A stretch of DNA of 64,000 bases from Chitinophaga pinensis (lineage in GTDB: Bacteria; Bacteroidota; Bacteroidia; Chitinophagales; CAMDFR01), in contig CAMART010000003.1 in the NCBI GenBank assembly GCA_945860705.1, positions 56,643-120,642 on the forward strand, written 5' to 3'. The notes below the pieces were generated by a model. That model did no database searches. It was not told where the DNA came from and worked only from the letters and a program-made list of their open reading frames with translations. Shown here piece by piece: positions 40,991-51,364 of the stretch. A program made the position numbers and the translations under genes. Every line of letters begins with the position of its first letter. The first letter of the stretch is position 1.

Positions 40991-41469
40991 GCTTTTTTTA
41001 TCATATCATTATGATAGATTCCTGTATCCAAATATGCTTCGTTGAGTACTTCAAAACCATAGGTTTTATAAAACGGCACCAAATAACTTTGAGCTTGTAT
41101 TTTTATATTTTGTATACCGTAGTATTCTTGTAAATATTTCATAGCATTAGCAAAAATTACTTTACCTAAGCCATGTTTTCTATATTCTTGGTGTGTCAAA
41201 ACTCTACCAATAGTAGCTTCTTTGTAAATAGTATTTTTATCCAGCGCACGTGCATACGCTACTATTTTGTTATCTTGGTTATATAAAATCAAGTGAATAG
41301 CCTTTTTATCGTGTCCATCGCTATCTATAAATGCACATTCTTGTTCTACTACAAAAACATCTTGTCTTATACTAGTAATGTCATACAATTCGTTTATAGT
41401 TAGTTCATCAAAATGTTTAACTACTAAATGAAATTCTATTCCATTATGAAAAATATTTTCCGATTTCAT
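40987..41469 (-). CDS. GNAT N-acetyltransferase, ElaA-like
   Basis: ELYDI..IRQDVFVVEQEC, IGRV, R.HGLG, AQSYL..FY...GF. Confidence 0.9.
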   Translation of the reverse strand: MKSENIFHNGIEFHLVVKHFDELTINELYDITSIRQDVFVVEQECAFIDSDGHDKKAIHLILYNQDNKIVAYARALDKNTIYKEATIGRVLTHQEYRKHGLGKVIFANAMKYLQEYYGIQNIKIQAQSYLVPFYKTYGFEVLNEAYLDTGIYHNDMIKKA

Positions 41470-41474
41470 ACTTG

Positions 41475-41507
41475 CAAATTTAAGAAAAGAAATTTACCAT
41501 ATCTTTG
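41475..41507. promoter_or_regulatory. Divergent promoter pair (TAAATTTG minus 41475-41482; TATCTTTG plus 41500-41507)
   Basis: Two exact TAnnTTTG matches 5 and 7 nt from the start codons. Confidence 0.62.
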
Positions 41508-41514
41508 AATTAAT

Positions 41515-42321
41515 ATGCATCCGACTATAAAATGGTTTTTTTTTATTGTTTGTGTCACTACAACACACAACCCTGTTTTATCTATGATTGTATTGGTTGT
41601 ATTTTATCTCATACAACTAAGTTTTGATTCAAGCATCAATAATGATGAAGGCAACACAGAAAAAGAATACTACAGACCTGAGAGAAACAATGAACATGCA
41701 GATATTGGACTTATATATTTAGCAGCATATGTGATGCAAATAGAAAGTATCATACACCATAATCAAGTAATGTATATCAAAAAATTTCTATCGAGAAATT
41801 TTGATGAAGAACATGTAAATAGCCGTATGAATTTACTCAATAGATTGCTACATATGAATATTTCTTATGAGGATGGTTGTAGAAGAATCATGTACTATTA
41901 TGAAATAGAAAACAGATATAAAATAATCGATTTTTTATTTAGTTTGGCCGCATCAGATGGAAGAGTATCCTATTATGAAATGAGTGCTATTAGACGTATA
42001 GCCCAGACACTATATGTAGATGAAAATCAGTTTGAAAGACTAAAAAAAATCTACTATAAAGAAAATGAAAGTGAACGAAGACAAAGAGAAAGACCTACTA
42101 CCTTTACATTTACATCTATTGAAACTCATTATTCAAAACTGGGATTGAGTAAAGAAGCTAGTATTGATGATTTGAAAAGTTCTTATAGAAAATTAGTACT
42201 CAAATATCACCCTGACAAATGGATCAGCGCATCTAAAGTAGACCAAGAGAAAGCAAAACAACAATTCATACAAATACAAGAAGCCTACGATAAAATCAAA
42301 GAACACAAAGGGATAAAATAG
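41515..42321 (+). CDS. DjlA-like co-chaperone (TM + TerB-like + C-terminal J domain)
   Basis: LAASDG...E TerB-like segment; YSKLGL...YRKL..KYHPDK J domain. Confidence 0.88.
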   Translation: MHPTIKWFFFIVCVTTTHNPVLSMIVLVVFYLIQLSFDSSINNDEGNTEKEYYRPERNNEHADIGLIYLAAYVMQIESIIHHNQVMYIKKFLSRNFDEEHVNSRMNLLNRLLHMNISYEDGCRRIMYYYEIENRYKIIDFLFSLAASDGRVSYYEMSAIRRIAQTLYVDENQFERLKKIYYKENESERRQRERPTTFTFTSIETHYSKLGLSKEASIDDLKSSYRKLVLKYHPDKWISASKVDQEKAKQQFIQIQEAYDKIKEHKGIK

Positions 42322-42333
42322 TTCAATAAAACA

Positions 42334-42406
42334 AGTTATAAGTTTAATGTTACATGTTCAAAGTTTAAAGTTATTAGTATGCCTTACTACTGTCAGATTC
42401 AAAGTT
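42334..42406 (+). repeat. Second AGTT-heptamer tract with a degenerate 20-bp insert (42378-42397)
   Basis: agttata agtttaa tgttaca tgttcaa agtttaa agttatt ag[tatgccttactactgtcaga]ttcaa agtt. Confidence 0.75.
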
Positions 42407-42408
42407 TT

Positions 42409-42443
42409 AAATCTAAAATCTAACGTATAGTATCTAGCATCTA
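42409..42443 (-). repeat. Five TAGATAC-family heptamers
   Basis: Minus strand reads tagatgc tagatac tatacgt tagattt tagattt; same family as 22434-22468. Confidence 0.7.
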
Positions 42444-42455
42444 AAGACTTGCTTC

Positions 42456-42986
42456 CTACTTCTCAAAACACTTAATCGGATTTATATACCACATTTTTTT
42501 ATAGCCTTGTGGTGTTGTATCTACTTGCCAGATGTATGGTATCAATGTATGGATTTCATAGTGTAGGTGTGGAGCTTTCCCTCTTGCATTTCCGGTATCA
42601 CCAACAGCAGCTATTATTGTTCCTTTTTTGGCGATGGTAAAACTCTTTGTATAAATAGCACTCAAATGAGCAAAATAATGAAATCTCCATTTAGAGCTTA
42701 ATAGTACTACATAATTTCCTCCTAGATTATTCTTTCCACACTTGATAATAATACCATCGCATGGAGCAATAACTTTTGTACCAATATTTGCAAATATATC
42801 TACACCCTTGTGTGTGCCACTTTTGCCCCATGGATTATACCAAAATGATTTTGCATTATAACTAGAAGAAGTGGCATCTTTTACTGGAATCAATAATTTC
42901 TGATTTGGAATAAAACCAATCACTATTATCAAAATGATAGATAGAAACAATAGCTTGTATTTATTTTTTGAAATAAAAACGAACAT
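42456..42986 (-). CDS. M23-family metallopeptidase
   Basis: HKGVD, YFAHL, VGDTGNA...PHLHY; N-terminal anchor. Confidence 0.93.
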   Translation of the reverse strand: MFVFISKNKYKLLFLSIILIIVIGFIPNQKLLIPVKDATSSSYNAKSFWYNPWGKSGTHKGVDIFANIGTKVIAPCDGIIIKCGKNNLGGNYVVLLSSKWRFHYFAHLSAIYTKSFTIAKKGTIIAAVGDTGNARGKAPHLHYEIHTLIPYIWQVDTTPQGYKKMWYINPIKCFEK

Positions 42987-43022
42987 ATGTTTTAACTAAA
43001 ATGGAAAATGAAAAATGAATAT

Positions 43023-44306
43023 TTATTTGATAGAGCTCTTTGTAGTAAATGTAATAGTAGCATTTACACCTACACCGATACTGTTAAATGAACTTGTATT
43101 GTTTTGCGTCCAATTGCTCAATTGTTTAGCATCACCTCCATAGTTTGCTTCGGCACCTAGAGTCACTCCTAAGTTTTTCTTTACATATACTTGGTATTCC
43201 ACTCCAGCTATGAATCTTATATTGTGATTTGGCAAGTAAGACTTCGCATTTAGATGAGCATTTTTATAATGAACCAATTTGCTATTATCTACTTTAGATT
43301 CCGCTCTAGTCAAGTAAGCATAAGACATTCCACTATATACATTTACAGAATTTACTCTGTTGTTTTTGTCTACCCAATTGTTTCTTATTTTAACGATAAT
43401 AGGCAATTCTACATAAGATAGTTTTAGGCTACCGCTACTGCTTGCATCAGAGAAATTACTTTTGTATGATAGATTATTTTGCATGTAGCTAAGACCCGAC
43501 TGTACAGCAACTCTATTATTAATATTATAACCTACTATCAAGCCGCCTTTCACACACATACTTGGAGTATATGTAATATTTGAGCCTAGCATTTTATTAG
43601 ATGTATTATTTGCAGTCATCACATTAGTTCCAGCTTGTGCACTAGCTCCATAATAGATTCCTTTTAGATTCGGTCTATTATTTATCACTATTGGTTCTTC
43701 TTGTTGTTTATAGTTTTTGAAAGCAACAACTTTGTTTGCCACAGCCAATGTGCTAGGATACATAGTAGGCATTTCTTTATATGATCTTAGTCTATTTTCT
43801 AATGCTATAGAAGAGATAGATTCTTTTTCTTCAGTAGGCAAAACTGATAAGTATATATGTTTAGTATTATCATTGCTTACAAAAACTCTTTCTACTTTAA
43901 AATTAGTAGATGATGAAGTTGTGTTAGTTGTTGAGTTTGAATAATTACTATTATATGAATTACTAGAATTATTTGAATAATTGGCAGTTTTAGAACTATT
44001 AGATTTATTATAGTTCATCGCAAAATGATTTGCATCAATATTTTTAGACGCAGTTTCTTTGTTTTTGCTTCCTTTATTGAGAATAAAATAAGATGATGAT
44101 GCAGAAATACCCACAAGCGACATAAACGCTAATAAAAGTAAAAAGTACTTTGTATTATCTTTTTTCTTAGGATCTGGCATATCTCCTTGTATAGATTCTT
44201 CGATACCAGCCCATAGAGATGCACTCGGCTCTATCTCATAGTCATAGAGCTTGTTTTTGATGGCATCATCAAAGTTTTGATTCATTAAATTTTTATCTAT
44301 ACTCAT
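43023..44306 (-). CDS. Putative dual-membrane-spanning anti-sigma factor (N-terminal anti-sigma segment, TM helix, low-complexity linker, C-terminal beta-barrel)
   Basis: FDDAIKNKL...PSASLW..I, TM YFLLLLAFMSLVGISA, Asn/Ser/Thr-rich linker, barrel strands including LSYVELPI; directly after an ECF sigma. Confidence 0.72.
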   Translation of the reverse strand: MSIDKNLMNQNFDDAIKNKLYDYEIEPSASLWAGIEESIQGDMPDPKKKDNTKYFLLLLAFMSLVGISASSSYFILNKGSKNKETASKNIDANHFAMNYNKSNSSKTANYSNNSSNSYNSNYSNSTTNTTSSSTNFKVERVFVSNDNTKHIYLSVLPTEEKESISSIALENRLRSYKEMPTMYPSTLAVANKVVAFKNYKQQEEPIVINNRPNLKGIYYGASAQAGTNVMTANNTSNKMLGSNITYTPSMCVKGGLIVGYNINNRVAVQSGLSYMQNNLSYKSNFSDASSSGSLKLSYVELPIIVKIRNNWVDKNNRVNSVNVYSGMSYAYLTRAESKVDNSKLVHYKNAHLNAKSYLPNHNIRFIAGVEYQVYVKKNLGVTLGAEANYGGDAKQLSNWTQNNTSSFNSIGVGVNATITFTTKSSIK

Positions 44307-44339
44307 TTTTTTCTTTTCCGCGCCTTCTCTTTTGATTGA

Positions 44340-44368
44340 TTAGACGCTTATTTTATTGTTTTGGTTGT
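44340..44368 (-). promoter_or_regulatory. ECF-type promoter (AAC-N17-CGT) upstream of the anti-sigma gene
   Basis: Minus strand reads acaaccaaaacaataaaataagcgtctaa. Confidence 0.55.
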
Positions 44369-44375
44369 AAATATA

Positions 44376-44951
44376 CTAAGCTCCGTCGTTTGTTTTTGCA
44401 ATTTTATGAATTTTTTCTACTTTTTCTTGAAGCAACATTCTAGCTCTAGACAATTGAGACTTAGAAGTTCCTTCACTTATTCCCAACATTTCTGCTATTT
44501 CTTGGTGAGAATAGCCTTCAATCACGTACATATTGAATACCGTTCTGTATCCTATAGACAACTCCCCTATCATTTTAAGTAAATCTGCTTCCTGTAATTG
44601 GTCTATTACATCGCCATTATATGTTTTTATATTATCATTTTCTATTTCAGTTACAGCATATAAATTCACTTTTTTACGGTAATGTTCTATAGAAGTATTT
44701 ACAAAAATTCTACGCACCCAACCCTCAAATGAACCTTCCCCTCTATATTTTCCTATATTTTTGAATACTTTAATAAATCCTTCTTGTAAAATGTCTTCAG
44801 CTATATGATAATCGTTTGTATAACGCATACATACCCCGAACATTTTAGAATACATGCTTTTGTATAGAATTTTTTGGGCTATTATATTCCCCTCACAGCA
44901 TCCTTTGATGATGTCTTTTTCGTTTTCTGCTGTGAGTTTTTGATGGTTCAT
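44376..44951 (-). CDS. ECF RNA polymerase sigma-70 factor
   Basis: AEDILQEGFIK, SFEGWVRRI, region 4 YSHQEIAEMLGISEGTSKSQLSRAR. Confidence 0.95.
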   Translation of the reverse strand: MNHQKLTAENEKDIIKGCCEGNIIAQKILYKSMYSKMFGVCMRYTNDYHIAEDILQEGFIKVFKNIGKYRGEGSFEGWVRRIFVNTSIEHYRKKVNLYAVTEIENDNIKTYNGDVIDQLQEADLLKMIGELSIGYRTVFNMYVIEGYSHQEIAEMLGISEGTSKSQLSRARMLLQEKVEKIHKIAKTNDGA

Positions 44952-44987
44952 GCTTTATTTACCTATAACAAATCTATATTAATTATA

Positions 44988-45572
44988 TCAGAAATCCAAG
45001 TATTTTCTATAAAATGACATAAAACTGACAATTGCTTTTTTACGATGACTCAATTCATTTTTTTCTTCAAAACTCATTTCAGCAAAAGTTTGCTCATGTC
45101 CTTCTGGTATAAAAACGGAATCGTACCCAAAACCGTTGCCTCCTCGCTCCATTATATCTATGCTACCATTTGTCAATCCTTCAAACTGCTCATATTTGCC
45201 ATTGTCATAAAAAGTTATCACCGTCTTAAAACGTGCTTTTCGCTCTTTTATTGTCTTTAGATTGGATAAAAGTAAATCTATATTTTCTTGAGAATTAGCA
45301 TTTTCACCTGCATATCTAGCAGATCTTACTCCTGGTTCGTTGTTTAGATATAGCACTTCCAGCCCTGTATCTTCTGCTATACAAGCTACTCCTGCTTTTT
45401 CGCTAGCATATCGAGCTTTAGCAAGGGAATTTCCTTCTATAGTTGATTCATTTTCTGGTATTTCCTCGAATATTCCTACATCCTGCAAACTCAACAATAC
45501 AATATTATCAGGCAATATGGCCTGAAACTCTTTGCGTTTATTGGCATTATTTGATGCTAAAAGTAATTTCAT
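44988..45572 (-). CDS. rdgB: Non-canonical purine NTP pyrophosphatase (HAM1 family)
   Basis: ASNNANK..E, AEDTGL, PGVRSARY, GFGYD, SHR; start at ATG 45572. Confidence 0.94.
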   Translation of the reverse strand: MKLLLASNNANKRKEFQAILPDNIVLLSLQDVGIFEEIPENESTIEGNSLAKARYASEKAGVACIAEDTGLEVLYLNNEPGVRSARYAGENANSQENIDLLLSNLKTIKERKARFKTVITFYDNGKYEQFEGLTNGSIDIMERGGNGFGYDSVFIPEGHEQTFAEMSFEEKNELSHRKKAIVSFMSFYRKYLDF

Positions 45573-45580
45573 GTGTAAAA

Positions 45581-46033
45581 CTATTTTTGATGAAACATCT
45601 TTTGAAGACCCAACCAAAACTCATTTTTTTGTGCTTTATTAGATGGATTATTTATCAGACCTAATGCATCAGTAAAAATAAATTTTGAATTATTAATTGT
45701 AATGTATTGATTTTTTGAATATTGAAATTGATTTTCTACTAAATTACTAGCTTCGCCAAAAACGATAAAATATTTTAAAGTATTGTTTATCAATATATTC
45801 TTAAATGAAGTTGGATTTGTAAGACTTACAATTTTATATTGATCTTTTTCTAATTTTAGAGCTCCGGCTATATTATTTATAAGCACATTGTAGGCTATAT
45901 CATATCTATCTTCTTCCACATCTGGCACTAGAAATAGAGTAGTAGTTTGCTCATGTATGTCGCATATAAGTTGTTCTTTATCAGATATTTGATAAATTTC
46001 GCTACCGATGTAAAGCTCTTGTCCTATATTCAT
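45581..46033 (-). CDS. Hypothetical protein
   Basis: Fills the gap ahead of rdgB; C-terminal K..FW..LQ.MF; function not recognised. Confidence 0.7.
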   Translation of the reverse strand: MNIGQELYIGSEIYQISDKEQLICDIHEQTTTLFLVPDVEEDRYDIAYNVLINNIAGALKLEKDQYKIVSLTNPTSFKNILINNTLKYFIVFGEASNLVENQFQYSKNQYITINNSKFIFTDALGLINNPSNKAQKNEFWLGLQKMFHQK

Positions 46034-46095
46034 AGTTATAAATTAAAAAATAAACACTTTCTTTGCATTCGCTTAGCTAAAAAAAAGTGCGTAAA

Positions 46096-47181
46096 ATGAG
46101 ACACGAAATTAAAGTAAACAAAGCAAAGTCGTCTAGAATAAATGAAGTAGATTTCAACAATCTAGCATTTGGTAAAGAATTTTCTGACCATATGTTTATA
46201 GCGGACTATTCTAATGGAGAATGGAGCAACTATAGAATAGAACCTATGGCAAATATAGCTTTTCATCCAGCAACATCTGCATTTCACTATGGTCAAGCTA
46301 TATTTGAAGGACTAAAGGCTCAAAAAGATAAAGATGGTAATGTATTGGTTTTCAGACCAGACATGAATGCAAAAAGAATGGATATTTCTGCTAATAGAAT
46401 GGGTATGCCGTCTTTACCAGAAGGTTTGTTTTTACAAGCAATAGAAGAATTGATAAAACTAGATGCTAGTTGGGTACCAACTGACGCTAATTCAAGTTTA
46501 TATATAAGACCATTTATGATTGCAACTGACGAATACGTTGGTATCAGAGAATCTGAACATTATAAATTTATCATTTTTACTTGCCCAGTAGGTGCGTATT
46601 ATTCTGCTCCCGTAAATGTTTATGTATCTGAAGAATATATAAGAGCATTTCCAGGTGGTGTGGGTTTTGCAAAATGTGCAGGTAATTATGCAGCAAGTTT
46701 ATATCCACTAAGATTTGCTAAGCAAGAAGGTTATGACCAAATTCTATGGCTAGATGGTATAGAAAAAAAATATTTTCAGGAATGTGGTACTATGAATGTC
46801 TTCTTTATGATAGATAATGTACTTGTAACACCACCACTTGATGAAGGCACTATACTTGCTGGTATCACTAGAGATAGTGTAATAACACTAGCTAAAGAAA
46901 TGGGTATAAAAGTAGAAGAACGCAATATAAGTGTAGAAGAGTTTTTGCAGGCACATAAAGAAAATAGAATACAAGATGCCTTTGGTGCTGGCACCGCTGC
47001 AACTATTGCTCCTATAAAAATAGTAGGATATAGACATACGAAATACGAGTTGCCTGATATAGAAACTAGAACAGTTTCTACAGCTATAAAAGCAAAAATG
47101 AACCAAATAAAAAATGGTGATGATGCTCAAAAAAGTGCATGGGTGATGAAAATAGATGCTTCTGAACATGTTCCTGTATAA
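46096..47181 (+). CDS. ilvE: Branched-chain amino acid aminotransferase
   Basis: FHYGQAIFEGLKA, LYIRPF, AKCAGNYA, ECGTMN, ILAGITR, GTAA. Confidence 0.95.
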   Translation: MRHEIKVNKAKSSRINEVDFNNLAFGKEFSDHMFIADYSNGEWSNYRIEPMANIAFHPATSAFHYGQAIFEGLKAQKDKDGNVLVFRPDMNAKRMDISANRMGMPSLPEGLFLQAIEELIKLDASWVPTDANSSLYIRPFMIATDEYVGIRESEHYKFIIFTCPVGAYYSAPVNVYVSEEYIRAFPGGVGFAKCAGNYAASLYPLRFAKQEGYDQILWLDGIEKKYFQECGTMNVFFMIDNVLVTPPLDEGTILAGITRDSVITLAKEMGIKVEERNISVEEFLQAHKENRIQDAFGAGTAATIAPIKIVGYRHTKYELPDIETRTVSTAIKAKMNQIKNGDDAQKSAWVMKIDASEHVPV

Positions 47182-47227
47182 ATTGTTTATACATATATTT
47201 TAACTAATTACTATTTACTGCTGAGTG

Positions 47228-49603
47228 ATGAAACTCTACCCACACGATATTCTTGAAAAATTAGAATTTCATAAAATTATTGATTTACTGAAAGAACAAG
47301 CCATGTCTGACATGGGTATTGAAAGATGTTTGCTTCTTAGTCCAGTAGCTGATAAAAATTATATAGCAAAATCACTAAAACAAATTTCAGAATTTAAAGA
47401 ACTTCAAAACTCAGGCTTTCATTTTCCTAGTCAAAATTATTTTAACTTGAGTGAAACAATAACTCAACTAGAAATAAATGATTATGTGCTTGCAGAAGAT
47501 TTGTTATTGCAACTGAAAATATTTACTGAAACAATAGGTGATATAGTAGAATTTTTAAAAACGCATCAAGATATAGCTCCTACCCTATTTTTACTTATAA
47601 AAAATATTTATTTTGAAAAAAATATTATACTCAAAATAGATGCAGTAATAGATGAAACTGCTATTGTACGAAGCAATGCTAGTAAAGAACTTGAACGAAT
47701 ACGTAAAGATAAAATCATAAAAGCTAGAGAACTTGATGCAGCTTTTAGAAGAATAGCCTCACAACTAAAAAACTCTGGATATACTACAGATACTGGAGAA
47801 AGCATAAGAAATGGAAGAAGAGTTGTTTCAGTTTTTGCTGAAAGTAAGCGACAGGTAAAAGGAATCATACATGATGAAAGTGAAAGTGGGAAAACAATAT
47901 ATATAGAGCCCGAAGAAACTGTTTATTTGAATAATGAAATTTTTGAACTAGAACGAGCGGAGAAAAGAGAAATATATAGAATACTCAAAACACTTTGTAA
48001 TGAACTCAGAGAATATACGGCTCTAATAAAAGATTATCAAGAATTTATTGGACTCTGTGATTTCATAAGAGCAAAATCAAAATTGTCTTTTATACTCGAA
48101 GCTATTGAGCCGGGCATACTTCCAACTGCGAGTATGAAACTAGTTCGAGGTTTTCACCCTTTATTAAAACTTATTAATAAAAAAAATAATAAAGATACCA
48201 TACCGCATACAGCCAGCATCAACCAAGAACAGCAAATCATTTTAGTTAGTGGCCCTAATGCTGGTGGGAAATCAGTTACGCTAAAAACCTTTGCATTACT
48301 ACAATTGATGTTTCAGTCTGGACTTCATGTGCCAGTAGATAATACTACTGAATTAGGAATATTTGATCAGATAATGGCCGATGTGGGAGATAGTCAATCT
48401 CTAGAAGATGAACTGAGTACTTATAGCTCTCGCCTTAGATACATGAAATATTTTGTAGAAAATGCCAATGCAAATACGTTGTTTTTAATAGATGAGTTTG
48501 GAACAGGAACCGACCCTGTTTTTGGTGGAGCTATGGCAGAATCTATTCTCAAAGAACTTTTGCATAAAAAGGCTAAAGGTGTAATCAATACTCACTATGG
48601 CAACTTAAAAATATTTGCAGAACGAAATAAAAACATCGTAAATGCGGCTATGATTTTTGATGAGGAACATCTAAGTCCTACGTACAAAATGCAAATAGGC
48701 AAACCTGGTAGTTCCTACACTTTTGTGATAGCAAGAAAAAACCAACTGCCTGAAAGCATCATCAAATATGCTCAAAACCTAGTAGGAAATAATATAGTAA
48801 AATACGAAGACCTACTCAATAAAATAGAGAGTGAACGAAAAGATATAGTGAAAGCTGGAGACGATTTAGAAAAACAAGATAAACGTCTCAAAGAACTTAT
48901 TAGAAAATTTGAAATACAAAATAAAGAAATAGAATATCAAAAGAAAAAGCTGAAGTATGATTATTACTTGCAGAAACAAGAATTTGAAACCAAGCTAGAG
49001 CAGGAGATACAAAAGGTATTGAAAGATATTCAAAAAGAAAAAAACGAAGCGGAATCGAAAGCTAAAGAACTACTCAAAAATGTACAACAAGACAAAACAG
49101 TGAGTATACAACTCGTAGATAAAAGTAAAAAAGAACTGCACAGCAAAAAAGCACCAACTGTTCTAAAGGTAGGCGATAGAGTAAAAATAACTGACACGAA
49201 CGAAATTGGTACAATAGAGACACTTAATAAAAATAAAGCACATGTAGTATTTCAGCATGTGAAAACTTGGATAAGTCTAGAAATGCTCGAACATGTAGAT
49301 ATGAGCAAACAAAAAAAACATACTCCAATAGCTGCGATAAGAAATTACAATAGTGATGATGCAACTTATGAGCTAGATATAAGAGGTATGATGAAAGAAG
49401 AAGCCTATCCACTGATAGAATCTTTTTTAGATAAAAGTATGTTGAGCAATTTTCCGGAAGTGCGTATAGTACACGGAAAAGGAAGTGGCGCATTGAAAAT
49501 GCTCGTAAAACAATATATAAAAGGATATAAAGAAATAAAAGAGAGCTATCATCCAGCTCCAGAGTATGGTGGTGATGGCGTGACTATGGTAAAGTTTTAT
49601 TAG
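47228..49603 (+). CDS. mutS2: Endonuclease MutS2
   Basis: LEKLEF start, GPNAGGKS, LSTYS, DEFGTGT, C-terminal Smr domain IVHGKGSG. Confidence 0.92.
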   Translation: MKLYPHDILEKLEFHKIIDLLKEQAMSDMGIERCLLLSPVADKNYIAKSLKQISEFKELQNSGFHFPSQNYFNLSETITQLEINDYVLAEDLLLQLKIFTETIGDIVEFLKTHQDIAPTLFLLIKNIYFEKNIILKIDAVIDETAIVRSNASKELERIRKDKIIKARELDAAFRRIASQLKNSGYTTDTGESIRNGRRVVSVFAESKRQVKGIIHDESESGKTIYIEPEETVYLNNEIFELERAEKREIYRILKTLCNELREYTALIKDYQEFIGLCDFIRAKSKLSFILEAIEPGILPTASMKLVRGFHPLLKLINKKNNKDTIPHTASINQEQQIILVSGPNAGGKSVTLKTFALLQLMFQSGLHVPVDNTTELGIFDQIMADVGDSQSLEDELSTYSSRLRYMKYFVENANANTLFLIDEFGTGTDPVFGGAMAESILKELLHKKAKGVINTHYGNLKIFAERNKNIVNAAMIFDEEHLSPTYKMQIGKPGSSYTFVIARKNQLPESIIKYAQNLVGNNIVKYEDLLNKIESERKDIVKAGDDLEKQDKRLKELIRKFEIQNKEIEYQKKKLKYDYYLQKQEFETKLEQEIQKVLKDIQKEKNEAESKAKELLKNVQQDKTVSIQLVDKSKKELHSKKAPTVLKVGDRVKITDTNEIGTIETLNKNKAHVVFQHVKTWISLEMLEHVDMSKQKKHTPIAAIRNYNSDDATYELDIRGMMKEEAYPLIESFLDKSMLSNFPEVRIVHGKGSGALKMLVKQYIKGYKEIKESYHPAPEYGGDGVTMVKFY

Positions 49604-49622
49604 GAAAAATATTATATTATAT

Positions 49623-50042
49623 ATGGAAAACAAAACTAAAATTACCATAACAACTGCATTAAACGAACCAATTGAAAAAGTTTGGGATTACTTTACCAAT
49701 CCTATACATATCATAAAATGGAATCATGCTTCTGATGATTGGCATTCTACTAAAGCTATTAATGACTTGAGAGTTGGAGGTAAATTTGAGTATAGAATGG
49801 AAGCAAAAGATGGAAGTTTTGGATTTGATTTTTTTGGTTTCTATGATAAAATAATAGACTTCAAATTAATAGAATATACGCTTGGTGATGATAGAAAAGT
49901 AAGTATCAATTTTACAAACGATGGCAATGAAGTTTTTATAGAAGAGATATTTGAGGCAGAGTCTGAAAACCCTATAGAACTTCAAAAGACTGGATGGCAA
50001 GCTATACTAGATAACTTTAAAAACTATACTTCTTCTAATTAA
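49623..50042 (+). CDS. SRPBCC/AHSA1-like ligand-binding protein
   Basis: PIEKVW...W, DLRVGG, GWQAILDNFK. Confidence 0.9.
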   Translation: MENKTKITITTALNEPIEKVWDYFTNPIHIIKWNHASDDWHSTKAINDLRVGGKFEYRMEAKDGSFGFDFFGFYDKIIDFKLIEYTLGDDRKVSINFTNDGNEVFIEEIFEAESENPIELQKTGWQAILDNFKNYTSSN

Positions 50043-50131
50043 ATATATTGTTATATTAAAACCTTTTAAAAAAGGAATTTAATCAATTATTTTATTAAGC
50101 TTATCTTTAAGTTTATAATCTAAAATATATT

Positions 50132-51274
50132 ATGCCATTTTCTAAGCTTGGTCTTTCGCCTCATTTGCTGAATACACTTTTAAAGCAAAACTATGCAGCA
50201 CCCTACCCTATTCAACAAGAAGCCATACCAGCTATTATTAAAAAGAATGATGTATTGGGAATAGCACAAACAGGCTCTGGCAAAACTGCGAGCTATGTAT
50301 TGCCGATACTTACCAATTTACAAGAATTAAAAAAAATAAAAAACAGGCATATACCTGTATTAGTATTAGTACCTACGAGAGAACTTGCTATGCAAGTGCA
50401 AGAGGTATTTAGGCAATTTGAAACTTCACTCCCACTAAGAATAAATTCCCTTGCAGTTTATGGAGGCGTATCTATCAATCCTCAAATGCAAGCATTGCAA
50501 TACACGCATGTATTGATAGCTACACCAGGTAGATTACTTGAATTAGTAGAAAACAATGCGGTAAGTTTATCTTCAGTAGATACATTGGTTTTGGATGAAG
50601 CAGACAAAATGTTGAACTTAGGTTTCAAAGCAGAAATGAATCGTATTTTCTCCTTATTGCCATCACAAAGACAGAACTTATTATTTTCTGCAACTTTAAG
50701 CGAAGACTTAGAAAGCATTAATCAGGTGCTTCTAAAAAATCCAGTAATAATAAAAATAGAATCTGAAAGTAATCATATTGACTTGATAACTCAGACAGGA
50801 TATTTTGTAGAAGACAATAAAAAAGGACCTTTACTTAGATATTTGATAAAAACAAATGATATCAAACAACTTTTGGTATTTACATCTTCTGTATATGAAG
50901 CAGACAATGTAGCTGATAAACTTCGCAAAAATGGTATAAATGCCACTGCAATACATAGTAAGAAAAGTCAAAGTGCAAGGACGGAAGCTCTTAATAATTT
51001 TAAAAGTGGAAAATTAAATGTGCTCGTAGCAACCGATTTAATATCTAGGGGAATAGACATAAAATTTTTGCCTTATGTTATCAATTATGAGTTGCCTCGT
51101 TCACCAAAAGACTACATACATAGAATAGGAAGAACTGGAAGAGCTGAGTCACCTGGTGAAGCTATATCGTTTGTAAATGCTGAAGCACAAAATCATTTCA
51201 AAGTCATTCAGAAAAAAATGGGTAAATGGGTAACGATGATAGATGCAGAAAAAATCAACCTAAAGGACTATTAA
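50132..51274 (+). CDS. DEAD-box RNA helicase (RhlE-like, compact)
   Basis: AQTGSGKT, PTRELA, TPGR, DEAD, SAT, HRIGRTGR. Confidence 0.96.
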   Translation: MPFSKLGLSPHLLNTLLKQNYAAPYPIQQEAIPAIIKKNDVLGIAQTGSGKTASYVLPILTNLQELKKIKNRHIPVLVLVPTRELAMQVQEVFRQFETSLPLRINSLAVYGGVSINPQMQALQYTHVLIATPGRLLELVENNAVSLSSVDTLVLDEADKMLNLGFKAEMNRIFSLLPSQRQNLLFSATLSEDLESINQVLLKNPVIIKIESESNHIDLITQTGYFVEDNKKGPLLRYLIKTNDIKQLLVFTSSVYEADNVADKLRKNGINATAIHSKKSQSARTEALNNFKSGKLNVLVATDLISRGIDIKFLPYVINYELPRSPKDYIHRIGRTGRAESPGEAISFVNAEAQNHFKVIQKKMGKWVTMIDAEKINLKDY

Positions 51275-51364
51275 AAAGTGCTTATTATATTTTGGAATTA
51301 AATACATTATGATTATATTTGATATATAGTATTAATTATATTTTTAACCCTAACACTATTATTA

